Source: Podarcis tiliguerta
Taxonomy: Eukaryota
Assembly (NCBI GenBank): GCA_965153285.1
Contig: OZ229111.1
Length of the DNA stretch: 64,000 nt
Strand: one strand, 5' to 3'
Shown: one piece after another, positions 23,674 through 37,584 of the stretch
Layout: the number at the start of each line of letters is the position of its first letter
Position numbering within the stretch: position 1 is the stretch's first letter
The notes under the pieces: generated by a model
What the model was told of the DNA's origin: nothing
Database searches by the model: none
What the model saw: only the letters and a program-made list of their open reading frames with translations
Translations under genes and position numbers: made by a program

Positions 23674-25830
23674 CTGCAGGGGGGAGAAAAAAAGAGAGTG
23701 CTATTATTTAGCAGGGGTTTTCTGAAAGGAAGTTAGCAGAAACTGGAGACTGGGGATGAAAAATATAAAAGCCATAAACACACTACCATTTCCCTTGAAG
23801 CCAAGCAGACTCCCTAGTCACAGAAGCAATCCTAGCACTGCCCACACAGAGGTTTATTATGTTTTTATATACCACATTCCAGACATACTGGTAATTATAG
23901 TCAAGCATCAGAAAAAAGCGGGGGGGGGGGGAGAGAGAGAAACTCTCCCTGATCTAACAAGGAATCGTCTTAAAGAGACAGGAGGCTTCAACTGTGAAGC
24001 CATTTCAAAAGGAAAACCAACACACAATCGGATCCGGCGGCTTTCACTGTGCAAAGGAGTGGCGGGGGAGGGAAGAGACAAATTCCCATGTTTTATTTAT
24101 TACTTCTTAATCCTTTCATTTTCTAAAGTCTCCTGCATCTGAATCGTGTTAGCCAAGGGGAGCAGCTTTGGGAGCCCTTGATCTGTTTCCTTTGAATCTG
24201 CCATAAGCAGCTTTGTTCACCCGCACTCCTGAAGGGGGGCGCGAAGGTGGTGGGGGCTGCACATCACTCACCTCGCCATCTGCAACCACACCAGGTTTTC
24301 TTGCTACGGTGGTATCTTGGGGCTCTTTCCACACTTTCCATTTATAGTGGGATAGTTACTGTTTGAGCTGGCGGTTTAAAGAGTGGGTTTGGTAGCTGAC
24401 TCTCTGCACCTTTGCTTATATGTCACTATTAGAGGGCGAGGTTTTCCTTTCTACACCAAAGGCAGGTAATGACCAAGTTGATAAAAGTTCCATGGCTGTA
24501 GGTCACACCCCTAATGCCACCTTGCACTCCTCCAGCCAGTAAATGGAGTTATAAGCATGTGCATGAGGGCAGATGCTATTTATTTAATGCCTAGTATTTT
24601 GGAGTACTGATCTGGAGGGAGAATAGAGGATTAGAAGAGGACCTATATGTCTGCCTGAGCCAAAGTGAACCTGGCTACCGTGAGGAAATTTTGTCTGAGG
24701 ATAAGGATCGCTGTCATGGGCAGTACTTTGACTCTCTGCTGTTGTCGCTATCTGCCATCTCTGGTCAAAGTGGCCTTGAAACAGACCATCACCTAAACCA
24801 TCCCTACTCCACAAAAAGTGAGATGGCGCTTATACACATGCCACACTACTGGAAATATCAAGTATATCCATTCCAAATCTTTCACAAAAGTCAGATTTTT
24901 GTTGCACTATAAAAAATGGGATGAAATGGGTTCCTCACCCCAAAACAAATCTCCATATACTGTCGCATTAGCAAAGAAGATGCAGGCACCCAGTTGGTAA
25001 CCCCGATTGTACATGTTTGAGTGCTTGTCCTCTGAATCAACACAGGCGTTATCTGTAACATTAAACCAGGGGTGGCCTTCCAGATGTTGTTGAATTTCAA
25101 CTCCCATCTGAAATCAAAAGAGGAACTTCCCTCATCTATTATTTTAAAAGTTGTCCACCCACTTCTCTGCAAACACCTTTCATTTAATGATAATTTTATT
25201 ATCAGGATCGCAGTGGTTTGGTAGCTCCACAGGTAACAATTTGGAGAACTGTCCCAGAAGGACTACCCTGTGGGTCTACTTATGTGAAAACTGAGGAAGG
25301 CTTCTAATCCCTCAAAACTATATGGAGGTTAACTGAGAGTAGGAAATGTACAAACACTGATGCTTCTGGACTGAGTTTCTCCGTTCCCACCCGCATAAAT
25401 CCTGTCTTGATGTTCCATCAGGCAGAACAGTCTACAGAAGCTAAGTGTTTATGAAAACCTTCACCGGCTGCCAATTTTAAAATTTATTCCAGTGGAGGAC
25501 TTGAAGCCTTGAGACTTCTCTCCAAGATTACTAAACAAAAGATTAACTTGTTGTTCAACTTAAGACCAGCTCAAGCATTCTAATGTCCTCTTTCAAAAGA
25601 CTAAGCACACACTCCCTTTATTTTAAAAGGCAAGAGAAGAAACACCAAAAACAACTTTCTTGGCTGTGACGGAACTCTGCTATTCAAGCTCTCTTTCTGA
25701 AATGATCTCATCTTTTTTTACGGAACATATTGATAGACATTTGTGCTCCCGCTCCCTTTTCCTCCACCAAATGAAGAACAGCACAAAGAGTCTCCAGACA
25801 GGATTTCAGGATAGAGAAATATCCTGACCC

Positions 25831-26131
25831 CAGGGCCGTCTTTCCTATAGGCACTAGGAGTGAAGGACACCTGGGCGCTGGGCTCTCAGGGGCACCAGGC
25901 CTAGAGTCCGGGGCCCAAGAGTCCGGGGAAGAGCCCGCTCGTCGGTCAGAGCGCTGCAGCGGGCTCTTCTGTGCAGGCGGCTCTGTGCCATGAGTTCGGG
26001 GGCGACCAAGCCAGTGAGACGCTGAGGTGGGCAGCCGGCTCCGCCCTCCTACGCACCTGGGACTGGGCAACGGGGTGGGGGGCTGAGTAGATCTTTGCAC
26101 CCCGGCGCCACATATGCTTAAGACAACCCTG
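25831..26131. mobile_element. hAT MITE related to 48906-49356, opposite orientation
   Basis: TIR CAGGGCCGTCTT / AAGACAACCCTG; TSD matches at 6 of 8 positions (CCTGACCC / GCTGACCA). Confidence 0.78.
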
Positions 26132-26458
26132 GCTGACCACAACAGTTTACTCCACTATCACCATCAACATTTTAAAAACTCATCTACACCTACTGCGTTT
26201 GTCAGCAGAAACTGAAGCCATCACTCAAAGCTGTATATTTTGTATGATGCTGTTCCAGTAAATCACTTCAGGACTCCCTGTTTGTGTAACACAGTAAGCC
26301 ACGTTATGGTATCACTTAGCACGCCACCCAAGCTGGAAGTTGCAGTTAAGCTCCCTTCTCCCTAAGCAGAGCTCTTCAATGTGAAGAGGGATCCTGGGCC
26401 AATGGGCACGTGCACACACACTTGTACATAGGATTTCTTTGTGTGGACATAATATAGG

Positions 26459-26585
26459 TAAAGGTAAAGGGACCCCTGACCATTAGGTCCAGTCGTGGCT
26501 GACTCTGGGGATGCAGCGCTCATCTCGCTTTATTGGCCAAGGGAGCCGGCATACAGCTTCTGGGTCATGTGGCCAGCATGACTTA
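26459..26585 (-). mobile_element. Sauria SINE, 5'-truncated
   Basis: (ACCTTT)n tail and GGGTCATGTGGCCAGCATGACT core; 16-bp TSD GTGGACATAATATAGG (26443-26458 / 26586-26601). Confidence 0.88.
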
Positions 26586-27431
26586 GTGGACATAATATAG
26601 GGGTTCAGCGAATACATGGCAAGTGGGGCTGATGCACAGTACAAGTGTGTTCACAAAGGTTACTAGCCCAGAAAAACTGGGTAGCCTGAAAACCTGCTCC
26701 ACATACGTATGGTAGGCTCAAATATTAAATGAATGTGAACATCTAAGGCAGGCATGTCCAAAGTCTGTTTCAGGGGCCTAATCCAGTTAGTTGTGGCAGT
26801 TTATTTCTGGGGTAAAATCCTAAAAAAAAAGCTCAACAACTTCAATCCTTTAAAAAAGGTCAATAACTTTCAGCAAATCTGGCCCTCTTTGAAAAAAGTT
26901 TGGACACCTCTGACTACAGTATCATTTAAAAAAAGATATCTTTAAATCTCAACGCGGGGATGGAGAGGGGAGAGCAAGAAAATGACATCAGGCAGGGAGA
27001 GAATATTGCACAGCGAGGGGGTGTCTAACCATTCCCCAACCACAACCGCCCTGATGTAAGCCACACACTCAAAACTCACTGCTGGCACGATTGGAAATTT
27101 CTGTTCCAAGGCCAATTTCAGCTTGAGGGATGGAAGGATGGTGGCAGAGGTTTTTAGCCGGACTGCAACACACAGGAAAAGGATTAAATCCTCCTTCCTA
27201 TATGCTGCCGTCACAATTTCACTCCTCTTCAGCAACTGATGTATTCGATAGATATGTATTGCTACTGTCTTTTTGTAAGTTAGCCATTATAATTTATGTT
27301 CTGCTTTATGCTGCTTTTATTACTGTGTGTCATTAGCTACCCAGTGCTCCAAAAGGGAAGAAGGCTGGGATGCACAAAATGCTAAATAAATATTCGAATA
27401 ACTTTTTAAAAATGCATTATTACATGCTTGT

Positions 27432-27608
27432 GCCATGTGGCTCAGTGGCAGAACATCGGCTTCGCATGCAAAAGGTCCCAGGTTCAATCCCTGGCCTCTC
27501 CAGGGAACAGTTCCCTGTCTGAAATCCTAGGGAGCCATTGCCATTCAGTGCATACAGTACTGAGCTGGATAGGCTAGTGGTCTGACTGGGTACAAGACAG
27601 CTTCCTAG
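27432..27608 (+). mobile_element. tRNA-derived SINE (Squam3-like)
   Basis: A box TGGCTCAGTGG (27438-27448), B box GGTTCAATCC (27481-27490), then a non-tRNA body ending GACAGCTTCCTA. Confidence 0.75.
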
Positions 27609-29107
27609 GAACTTAGTTTGGCCCTTAATTCATTTGTGCTGGAGGTGGGGAGAAAAGAACTAGATCTTTTCCATTTTACAGAAGCTTCTCTTCATGGTCA
27701 TCTGAAGTCTGTTCCTCCTCACCAAAGGAAGCCAGGTGAGTGACTTATTACAAGCCTGCTTTTACTATCGAAATACAAAATGTGAATTACGGACTATCCA
27801 ATCACTTCAGCTGGCAGTCTGTATTCTTAATGAAAATTGCCTAGGGCTGATATGTTCCTCACACCCACCCTCTCTAAAGCATAAATGAAAGACAAGTTAT
27901 AAACATAAAACCAAAACCTTTGAAGGCTGTGTCATTGACACTGCCTGGAAAGGAAGTAAACAAGGTTTTGCCAGAGAGCTATGATTAGAATATGAATGCC
28001 CCGAAAGACCAGAGACATGTTCCTAGGCAACAGCCAGAATCAGTATTATGAGTTTATAAGAAAGCTCTGTCTCAGCCTAGCCAAATCGCAAAACCAAGAC
28101 AATCCAAAATCGGGAAAATGAAAAGATAATATGTGCTTTGGGAGTTATTTTATGCTTCCCCTCCTCTTCTAATATGTTCACAGTTGCTTCTGAGTAGCAG
28201 CCAGAAAGGAGACTGCATTACTCAGCCCATGTCTCAAAAATTAATATTGTAAAACCAACGAGAAAGTCAATGGTGGCCTTACTGTTGTAGTTTTCCATCT
28301 GATTCCAAACAAACAATTCTTGTGACTGAAGTAGAAAGAACAGAAGAATCAGCTGTCGATAAAAACTCAATCAAAGGCCTTGATCCAGCAACCCACAGAC
28401 TTATTCAGGTGGATCAACTCCTGCACGTGGGAGAGCCAGTCACATCTGGTGATAGAAACCCCGCTCCAGTTCTTGCATGGACATTTCTTAGGATGAGCCA
28501 GGAGCAATCTGTCACTATAATCAATCACAAGACCCAGCACACAAACACCATTTGAATGCCAGTGCCCATCAACTGTGGGGTGTGTGCGTCAGCCCCTTCA
28601 AATATTTTAATGGGAGGCAGGGCGAAGGGACATCAGACCCTAGGAGTTGACTCCTATGGTGGATACCAAGAAACACAATACTTGCAACATTTGCCACTGC
28701 TGTTAGCAGCCTTGAGCACCGTTTGGTGGAAAGGCGGGATACAAATGCAACAAATAAATAAGATAAACAAACCTTACACACCTTGGGCAGGAAAAAATCC
28801 ACCAGACAACATATCTGAAATACTGCAGCACATGAACTAATCAAGGAGGGCTTGGAACTGAAAATGATAGTCTTCGACACACTGCACAAAGGAACTAAAC
28901 CACACAAAAGGGAGAAATGTGTTTGGATCTTTACTAAGACTATAATCAGCTGACTGACCTTTTGTTTATAAGCTACTTTAGATGTGCTGCCTCAGCAAGA
29001 CCAGACCCACCTAATTAGCTTGTTGATTGTGCTCTAAAGAGCCTTTACTTATTAAGCCCTTGATTCTCCAGCCTTTTACTCACTGCCCAATAAAAATCTA
29101 GTCTCCT

Positions 29108-29380
29108 ACTGGAAGGACAGATCTTGAAGCTGAGGCTCCAATACTTTGACCACCTCATGAGAAGAGAAGACTCCCTGGAAAAGACCCTGATGTTGGGAAA
29201 GATGGAGGGCACAAGGAGAAGGGGACGAAAGAGGACAAGATGGTTGGATAGTGTTCTCGAAGCTACCAGCATGAGTTTGACCAAACTGCGGGAGGCAGTG
29301 GAGGACAGAAGTGCCTGGCGTGCTCTGGTCCATGGGGTCACAAAGAGTTGGACACGACTAAATGACTAAACAACAACAAC
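29108..29380 (+). mobile_element. BovB (RTE) LINE 3' fragment
   Basis: About 96% identical (counted by eye) to 57626-57901; (CAA)n tail. Confidence 0.92.
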
Positions 29381-30879
29381 TGTTGTCATTTAAGTGTCCT
29401 CTCATTTGACCCCACGTAGGGCCTTTTAATTCTAAAAGATGTGCCAGAGCAAGTAAGCAAGCTCTCTAGGCAAAGCTTTATGCCTAGCACACATGAAACT
29501 GCCACATTCCCATGTTGTCAATGTGAAGAAAAAGCCTGGTTCCTCGTGCCTCCATTTCCCTTGAGGCACATCATCTCCAGAATCCACAGGAAAGGTGCTG
29601 CCTGGCAGGAAAATCTGGGGAATCCTGGTTGCCATTTCTATCAACTCCCTATTTCTGCCTCAGAGGGTGTCTTGGGTCTTCCAAACTCCTGGCCAGGTGT
29701 TCACACTAGTTACCTGCCCAATGTGGCATAGGAGCCAGGAGTGTGTGTCAGACAGGGCCAGCACACCTATGAGGCAAAGTGAGGCAACTGCCTCAGGCAG
29801 CAGGATCCATTGGGGCAGAAGATCCAGCCTCCAAGGAATGCATTGCCAGGTGCAATGTGCTCCTTGGAGGTCAGATCTGCCACCTCCTCAGCAGCACATC
29901 CAATGCCACATCTATAGTGACAGGAGGCACTGCTTGTCTCTTCCCACGCCTGGGGAGGAAGTGGTAGGGGCTGCCCTCTGGGGTCTCCACCTGCCCAGTG
30001 TGATTCAGAGTGGGCCCTTTCCCCCCAGCACCATGAGAGCCTTTGATTCAACCACCAGGTAAGGTTGATTGGATTCCTCCATTTGTTCCCGATGTTGGTC
30101 TTCACTCTCCCCCTTGTTCCTGATGGAAATCTTCACTTGTTCTTCTTTTCTGGCAGGAGGCACCATTTTCTGGTTCGCCTGTGGTGCCCAAATGTATTAG
30201 CCATCCTTGGGGGTCAGGAGAACCCCAGAACAGCGTGCAGGAGAGGGGAGAGGCATTGTTCTGCTGGCAAGCTGATACACTTGCACAGATGGAACATTCC
30301 ACACAGTGTGACATTCACTCATTTTTATAAAGAACAGCTAGGCTTGTTGGCTTTAAAAGTGAAAAAGAGTTGTAAATTCAAATGTCATAATGCACAGTAA
30401 CTATCTCTGAGATATAGGGCACTCTATAGGATCCATTGATTACTTCATAGGTAGGTGAAATCTGTGACTCGGTTAATGTCACTCAGGGTGCCCAATTAGA
30501 GCACAGCTGCAGGTCAGAATATTCAGACCACTGAACTGTTGGCATGAATTGTCAGGGCAGGCTGCAGTCCTGAGATCAAGAGCATTGTGACATGTCCTCT
30601 ATTACAGCTTAACTTGCATGTTCTATAGCCACCTTCTCATATCCACAGTTTTGAAGGGGGAAGCATCTCCCGTCCATGGTACCAGGGGAAAATGTTCCTC
30701 TTCAAGGAAGCCTTTGGCTGGTTAAACCATCTATGGTCTTTAAAATCTGTTTGCGGGAGGGGGAGCTATTAGGATATTGGGGTTTTTTGCTAATAATAAT
30801 AATAATAATAATAATAATTATATCCTGCCCTCCCCAGCCGAAGCCGGGCTCAGGGCAGCTAACAACACTAAAATAGTGC

Positions 30880-31011
30880 NNNNNNNNNNNNNNNNNNNNN
30901 NNNNNNNNNNNNNNNNNNNNNNNNNNNNNNNNNNNNNNNNNNNNNNNNNNNNNNNNNNNNNNNNNNNNNNNNNNNNNNNNNNNNNNNNNNNNNNNNNNNN
31001 NNNNNNNNNNN
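30880..31011. other. Assembly gap (132 N) in SEPTIN8 intron 1
   Basis: Run of N, preceded by (TAA)n and a LINE-like tail. Confidence 0.99.
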
Positions 31012-31069
31012 CTTTTGGGTGAAGGGTGGTTTATAAATTTAATAAATAAATAAATATAAATGCAACATA

Positions 31070-31314
31070 CAGTGGTACCTTGGAAGTCAAATGGAATCTG
31101 TTCCAGAAGTCCATCTGACTTCTAAAATGTTCAGAAACCAAGGTGCGGCTTCCGATTGGCTGCAGGAGGCTCCTGCAGCCAATCGGAAGCTGCAGAAGCC
31201 GCGTTGGACATTCAGGTTCCAAAGAACATTCGCAAACCCGAACACTCACTTCTAGGTTTGCGGCGTATGGGAGCCAAAATGTTCACCTTGCAAGGCGTTT
31301 GAGATCCAAGGTAC
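31070..31314. mobile_element. Tigger/pogo-like MITE, right TIR truncated
   Basis: TA|CAGTGGTACCTTGG...CCAAGGTAC with an internal palindrome. Confidence 0.75.
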
Positions 31315-34300
31315 TTTCAGCAGAATGCAATCAAGGACCCATCAGAATACAGTTTCAAAAACAGGTTATGATATAGTTCTTGAACTGAAAGACTTGCTAC
31401 AGCTGCAGAAAGGCTGCTTTCCACTGCCCCCCCCCCCGGTCCATGAGGTGAGGGAACTCATGGAGGAAGGGTGGGTTGCCTTGGCCCTGCTCAAGAATCA
31501 TGGACTTGCTAGGCTACATTGGGGTGAGCATGTGCAACACACACAATTTTTTATTTTAAGAAACCTGCCGGCATCAATAAATATTTGATGTTCAGAACTG
31601 ATTGTGAAGCGAGTGCATTTACTGTTGTCAAGCTTTTATAGAGGTGTCAAGAATGCCTTTATGCAGGGGTAGGAAGCCTTCATGGTTGTCAAATCAACTT
31701 TGTTTTCTATTAGAACGACAAGCAAAAGCCACGCGGTTAAAATTAAAAAAAACAAACCAGGGTGCCTCTGACTACATTCCAAGCCTAGGAATTTATTTTT
31801 CAATATCAGAACTGAACTGAACTGAGGGCACAGTCCTTTCACACAAATATCTATTCCTGGTTAGTTTTCTTCCTTTTAGCAGCCTAATTTAGATTTGGGG
31901 GGGGGGGGTTATTTAATTGTTGCTAATGTTTAAACAGCTGGGAGTCAGGAAAAACCCATGCTGATCTAATGCAGCCCCCTGGAAATATACCAGTAGATCC
32001 CAATCTGTTGTGTGCCAACCCCTACCTTAATATAAAGCCTGGTTTTCATTATAAATATTTTTCATAACAAACCTCATTGCCTGAGCACCTACAAAGGGGA
32101 AAGCCCTCTGTCATACCAGCAAAGGACACAAGGGGAAGCCAGTTTCTGCCTTTCAATATGAAAAAAGGCTGCAAAGACTGTGCCTATGAGCAAAGAGTTT
32201 GAGCACCACTTCCAGACATTGGACTAAGGCACTGGAAAAAACTATATGCTCAGTGGGAAATTAAGGATCTCCTCCAGTCCCACAACATCTGCAAAGCAGG
32301 AGAGAAACTACTTCAGTCATTCCGCATTTCCTTCTGTGGCACATGCCTCAAACACTCTGATTCTGTTCCAAAGGAATGGCATTGATTTAAATAGGACTTC
32401 TTTGCTTCCTGAATGAAAGGTTTTAACAGCTTAGCAAACTATCCCATCCTGTGGCTCAGTGGGATAATACAGACCCTGATTAAAAAAAAAAGAGTACAGG
32501 ATTAGGATAAATTGGGTATTTTGTACAGTAATTGGGCAAAAGATATTGTCACTGGTTAAGCAGTCACATCATAATCCAAGCCAGGAGTTGAGAGACAGAA
32601 ACAGAGACACACAGAGAGAGGGGGGGTGGTGGGGAGGAAGAATAGTTTGAGAACTGTTTCACAAAGCAGGGTGTGGGTAAGCAGAGCAGAAATCTATCTC
32701 ATAAGAAGGACTGTTGCATGCAGCTACTGAGGAATTTGGGTGGCCTAGAGGCAATGGTTTATATTAATTACATGCAGCTATGTATGATAATTAGCTGTGG
32801 TCCTCTGGCCCACATGAATTGCCAAATGTGACCTTAATATTGGTAGGCCGTTCAATGGCCCTCTAAAGTTATTACAGCAGCTTGTTCAGTGAAATCCAAA
32901 GTTCCATTCATTTTGTACAGCAGAACTCTTGTTGTCAGAAACTAAGTAGGTATCAGCCATTTGATGATGATGATGAAGCTGTTTAAGAATCAGTTCATTC
33001 ACCATTCAGGAACAAACGCTTTCAAGCATCCAAAAACCCAGACTGCATCTGTGCTAAGCAACACTCGTAGCCAACTTGAGCAGATGGGGGGACACACACA
33101 CAGGAAGGGTAACATTCTCTTCAGCTCCTTCATTTGCAAGCTGCAGTACAATCCCAGAATGCAGATCAGGAATGAAGGAGGGAGAATCTTCCGAACAACT
33201 CCGTTGCAATGCTGCTTCTGTTGATCTGGAGTGCACAGCAACCAAACCTTTCAAGCTTTGTTTCAAGCTTCTGTAACAAACTGCACAACTTTCAAAATGG
33301 GTAAACCAGAGGTGGGTTTTGGGCAGTGTGACTGGTTCCGCCGCACTGGGTACTGAGCCTAGGGGGCGCTGCAGGGTGCTATGAATATGATGTAGTGAAA
33401 TGAGCAGAAAGGAAGGAGGCCGGGGGAGACGACTTTTGGCCTCTCATGATGTGCCGCTGAAAAGTGAAAGACCAAAGTCTGCCTCTAGGTAAACCACTTC
33501 AGAGTGGGATGTTTATTGACTTCTCTGATTCTCCCACCACCCTTCTCCAGTCAATGCATCAACAGAAATTTCATACTCTTCTTGTACCTTCAACTACAGG
33601 CATCTGTGGGCAGATTCACACCACACTTTTTAAGCACACTTGAGGCACATGGTTTCCCCCAAAGAATCCTGGGATGTAGCTTGTTAAGGATGCTGGTAAC
33701 TGTGTCTCTGAGGAAAAAACTCCCATTCCCACAATTCCTTGAAGGAAGTCATGTGTTTTAAATGGACACTGAATGTTGCAAAAAGTTGGTTCACTAGGAA
33801 TGTGAAGATAATCAACCTCTTTGTTGGCCCACCAAGCTCACAAGTTCCAACCCATTACTTTGCTGTTTCCTTTCCTTTAAGGGATCAAAAACAACAACCC
33901 CGTCCTCATATTCTGCTGTACCCATTAGAACCGCAAGCACCGAGAGGAAAATCTTTGCTTCTGCTCAGCAAAGCAAGAGCTTTATTAGCAATGCCACTCT
34001 GACCTTTTAGAAGCACTTCTCTGATGCTGACAAAATGGGGTTCTCTGGAAGGCAAAAATGCCTTTTCCTCAACAGCCCCAGCACATTTATGGAAGGCTAT
34101 TCAATGGGCTGGGGCTCTTACCAAGCAAGCTGATCTTACATTTGAGCCTCTTTATCTAAATGCTGTTTCTGGACTCACCTTAAAAAGCAAACAATATGTC
34201 ACTTATCTCTGCTTAGGTATGTGCTGGATTGCTCAATCTCCGACTTCTTCATTGCTATAAGCATAGCTGAAGGATGATCAAGGTATTAAAAACGTACGTT

Positions 34301-36747
34301 GTGAAAGAAATAGCTGCTCAGTCCAGAAACACATGCTCTCCCAGTTGCCCATCCCATTCATGACAGCGGAGAGCTGCTCTCTCTTTCCCACACTGACAAA
34401 CAGGACATTTGGTGAGCTTTTAATTTCAATAGCAGGCATGAATGCAAAGTAAAAAAAACAACCTGTATTTGACTATAAAAGAAGAGGACAGTATTGTACA
34501 CATCAATACAACACCAAAATACAAACTCATATTTCTAACTGGCCATGCTTGGATTACATTATGCCTTAAGTATTTAAAAAACCCTTTGGAATTTTGCATT
34601 ATAATATTTTCCTTACCTAAACAAAGGATAGACTCCAAGTTCCTCCAAATTTGGGGAGGAGAGTTTAAATGGGATCCAAAAGGCTATGCATAGCATTTTG
34701 TCCATGTAGACTTTTTTTGTGCCCCCTTGTCACTACAGCCCCATGTGATCCTCAAGGTGGTGCCTGGGAAACCCCAGCAGAGGAGAACAGCAACACAGTG
34801 CAGAGGAATGAAATGGGAGCAGGGGAAACATGAAACTCCCTGTGTGTATAATATTGACATTTATGCAGGTCTCTTTTAAGCCTGGCCTTGTTCCCCTTGG
34901 CACAAATTGCAAGAGGTGCTAAGTTCTCTTGCCCGAATCACATTTTTACAGCAGTCAAATATCTCTACACTGCCCCCCTGCCAGAATCCTCTCCAATGTT
35001 TTCTAAAAGCATTCATGGTAAAACCTGACAGACATCTACAGATCAGAGTTATGGTACCTCTTCCCTTCTCTAGGCCAGACAAATAAGCCAAAGATAAACA
35101 GATCAGGTCAAAACTCTAACCCCTGTCAATGTGTGCACACTGCAAGAATAGCCATCCAAGTATTTGGATAGATGGGTAAGGCTTCAGGAATGATGCTCCC
35201 CCACCCTACACAAAGTGAAAGAATGTTGCACTTAATCAGGTTTTTCTGATCTGTTGCTGTATTTATACAAGGCAGCCTAATGTTGCGAGAGCACACAGGA
35301 ACAAAATTAGGGTTTGCTCTGGTCTAGTTCTCACTAAAGTGGTAAACCTGTCTTGGACCTGGGCCACTTCAGCAGGCAGGCTCTTTATTTGTTTACTTAT
35401 CTTTTTACGGTTCTTAGAAAAATACCGTACAAGGAAGAAGGTTATACCAGCACTATTCCCCCTGTCATGTTCAGGGATTTGTTTTTATTTTTATTTGGAG
35501 GAGCGGTGAAATCTGGGGGCCCTCCCATCTACAGCCTCAAGTGGCAGAGGCCAGACACAGTTATACCAAATTAACTGGGCCTCTTATCACTGCTGCACAG
35601 AACACACTCCTGCAAACGTAAGTTGGACCTTGGAGAAGTCAGCGAAAAAACAGAGGGAAACCATGAAACAAAAAAATGAAAGACATTTCCTCCAGAATGA
35701 CCTTAAGGATGAGAAAGTTCATGATTTCAGCAGAACAAGAATTCCATTCCCCAAATGAGTACATGCTGGAAAAGATAAACAGCGTCTGGTTTGGAAAACG
35801 AAAGGCCACAGTCAGTTCTGTTAGCAAGCCCCTGCTCAGTCGAACTTTCGGAGGAGCTCAAAGCTCCCTTCGCCACCAGTCTCAAAGCTCTTTGGCAACA
35901 GAATAACACAATGATACACATTTGAAATCTAAATACTTCAAATCCTTAAGCAGTTGTTCATTCAAAACTCTTAAGACAAATCCTTGGAAATTTAGACATT
36001 TTTGTGCAAGGCCCACCATTCCAAGACATTCAAGGTGAGTGGTATAAAGAGGGTTTATCCATGCAGAACTGTAGGGCAGGTCAGAGAAAAGCAGCAGCCC
36101 AAGGTAAGAACTGTGTTCAAGTGGGGACTCAGGTCCAAGACTAAAATACTATCCACTTATCACTGGTGCAAATGAGGAAGAATGGTCCGGCCCTTCATCT
36201 CCTGTTCACTCAAGTTCTCTCCCAGGCACAGGTTTAGACAAGTCTGCACTAGAATATAAATATATATCTCCTGTTGCAGCCTAAGACAAAGGTTCTATAT
36301 GTACCCTGTATCAATTATGTAGGCTAAGGCTGCAATCATATACCAAGTTTCCTAGGAGTAAGCCGCCCTGAACATGGCTAATGTGGATTTAATAACTACC
36401 TGTGTTGCTGATATTCTGGCATTTTCCCTTTTGATCTCAATGTCTGTTTCATAAGCAGTTCTGAAAAATCTTTGGAGTTAACACACCTTGGATATAAATA
36501 TATTAAATGAATAAATTAAATAAAACATAGTCATTCAGATGTAGGTGATGAGTGCCTTAAATCTGGAGGGCCAAGCAGCGGAAAAAAGGGGCCATGAATC
36601 CATAAATTCACTCATGCAGTGGTAAACATGATGCGTGCCAGTCTCATCTCTCTTCTCCCCACCCTAAGTTTAGAGATAGGAAAGGAGCAGTTGAAAGGGC
36701 TTGCAAGTTGCATTGCATCAGTCACATTGCAGTTCTAAGGTTCTAGG

Positions 36748-37225
36748 ACTGGGAGCGGCTGCCAAGACCATATAACATTGGTCCTGAAAGACCTACATTG
36801 GCTCCCAGTACATTTCCGAGCACAATTCAAAGTGCTGGTGCTGACCTTTAAAGCCCTAAACGGCCTTGGGCCGATATACCTAAAGGAGCATCTCCATCCC
36901 CATCATTCTGCCCCGACACTGAGGTCCAGAGCCAAGGGCCTTCTGGTGGTTCCCTCACTGCGAGAAGCCAAGCTACAGGGAACAAGGCAGAGGACCTTCT
37001 CAGTAGTGGCACCCACCCTGTGGAATGCCCTCCCACCAGATGTCAAAGAGAAAAGCAACTACCAGACTTTTAGAAGACATCTGAAGGCAGCCCTGTTTAC
37101 AGAAGCTTTTAATGTGTGACATTTTACTGTATTTTTAATCTTTGTTTGAAGCAGCCCAGAGTGGCTGGGGAAATCCAGCCAGATGGGCGGGGTACAAATA
37201 ATAAATTACTGTATTATTATTATTA
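36748..37225 (+). mobile_element. L2 LINE 3' end
   Basis: LKDLHWLPVHFRAQFKVLVLTFKALNGLGP.YL...FSVVAPTLWNALP...FRRHLKAALF and a (TAT)n tail. Confidence 0.88.
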
Positions 37226-37426
37226 TGACAACCTGGAAAGTGCTGTGCAACTGTAGGGATGATCCATGTCTGTGCTCCAACTCCCTGCTCAAGAAGAGGG
37301 TAGAACAGCCTTCACCATTCTAGTGATGCCCAGATACCTTGATCTACAACTCCCATCTGTCCCTGCCAACACAACCCCATTCCTGCCCTCATGCTGCCCT
37401 TGGTAGGATGCACTAAGAGGCATCAG

Positions 37427-37480
37427 AGACAAGACAAGACAAGACAAGACAAGACAAGACAAGACAAGACAAGACAAGAC
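37427..37480. repeat. (AGACA)n microsatellite
   Basis: About 11 perfect copies. Confidence 0.95.
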
Positions 37481-37584
37481 CTGTCCCCTTGGTAGGAGAA
37501 GTACAGGATCACAGCAACCATGGGTTTTAATCTGGCTAAGGCACCAGCCTATGCATGCAGGGAAGCTGTCGGCCCAACAAATTA

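Noticed and set aside
27432-27505. tRNA gene
   Set aside because: A and B boxes are present, but there is no clean cloverleaf and the sequence continues into a SINE body with other diverged copies in the window.
30777-31022. ORF with poly-Asn and X run
   Set aside because: Artefact of the (TAA)n microsatellite and the assembly gap.
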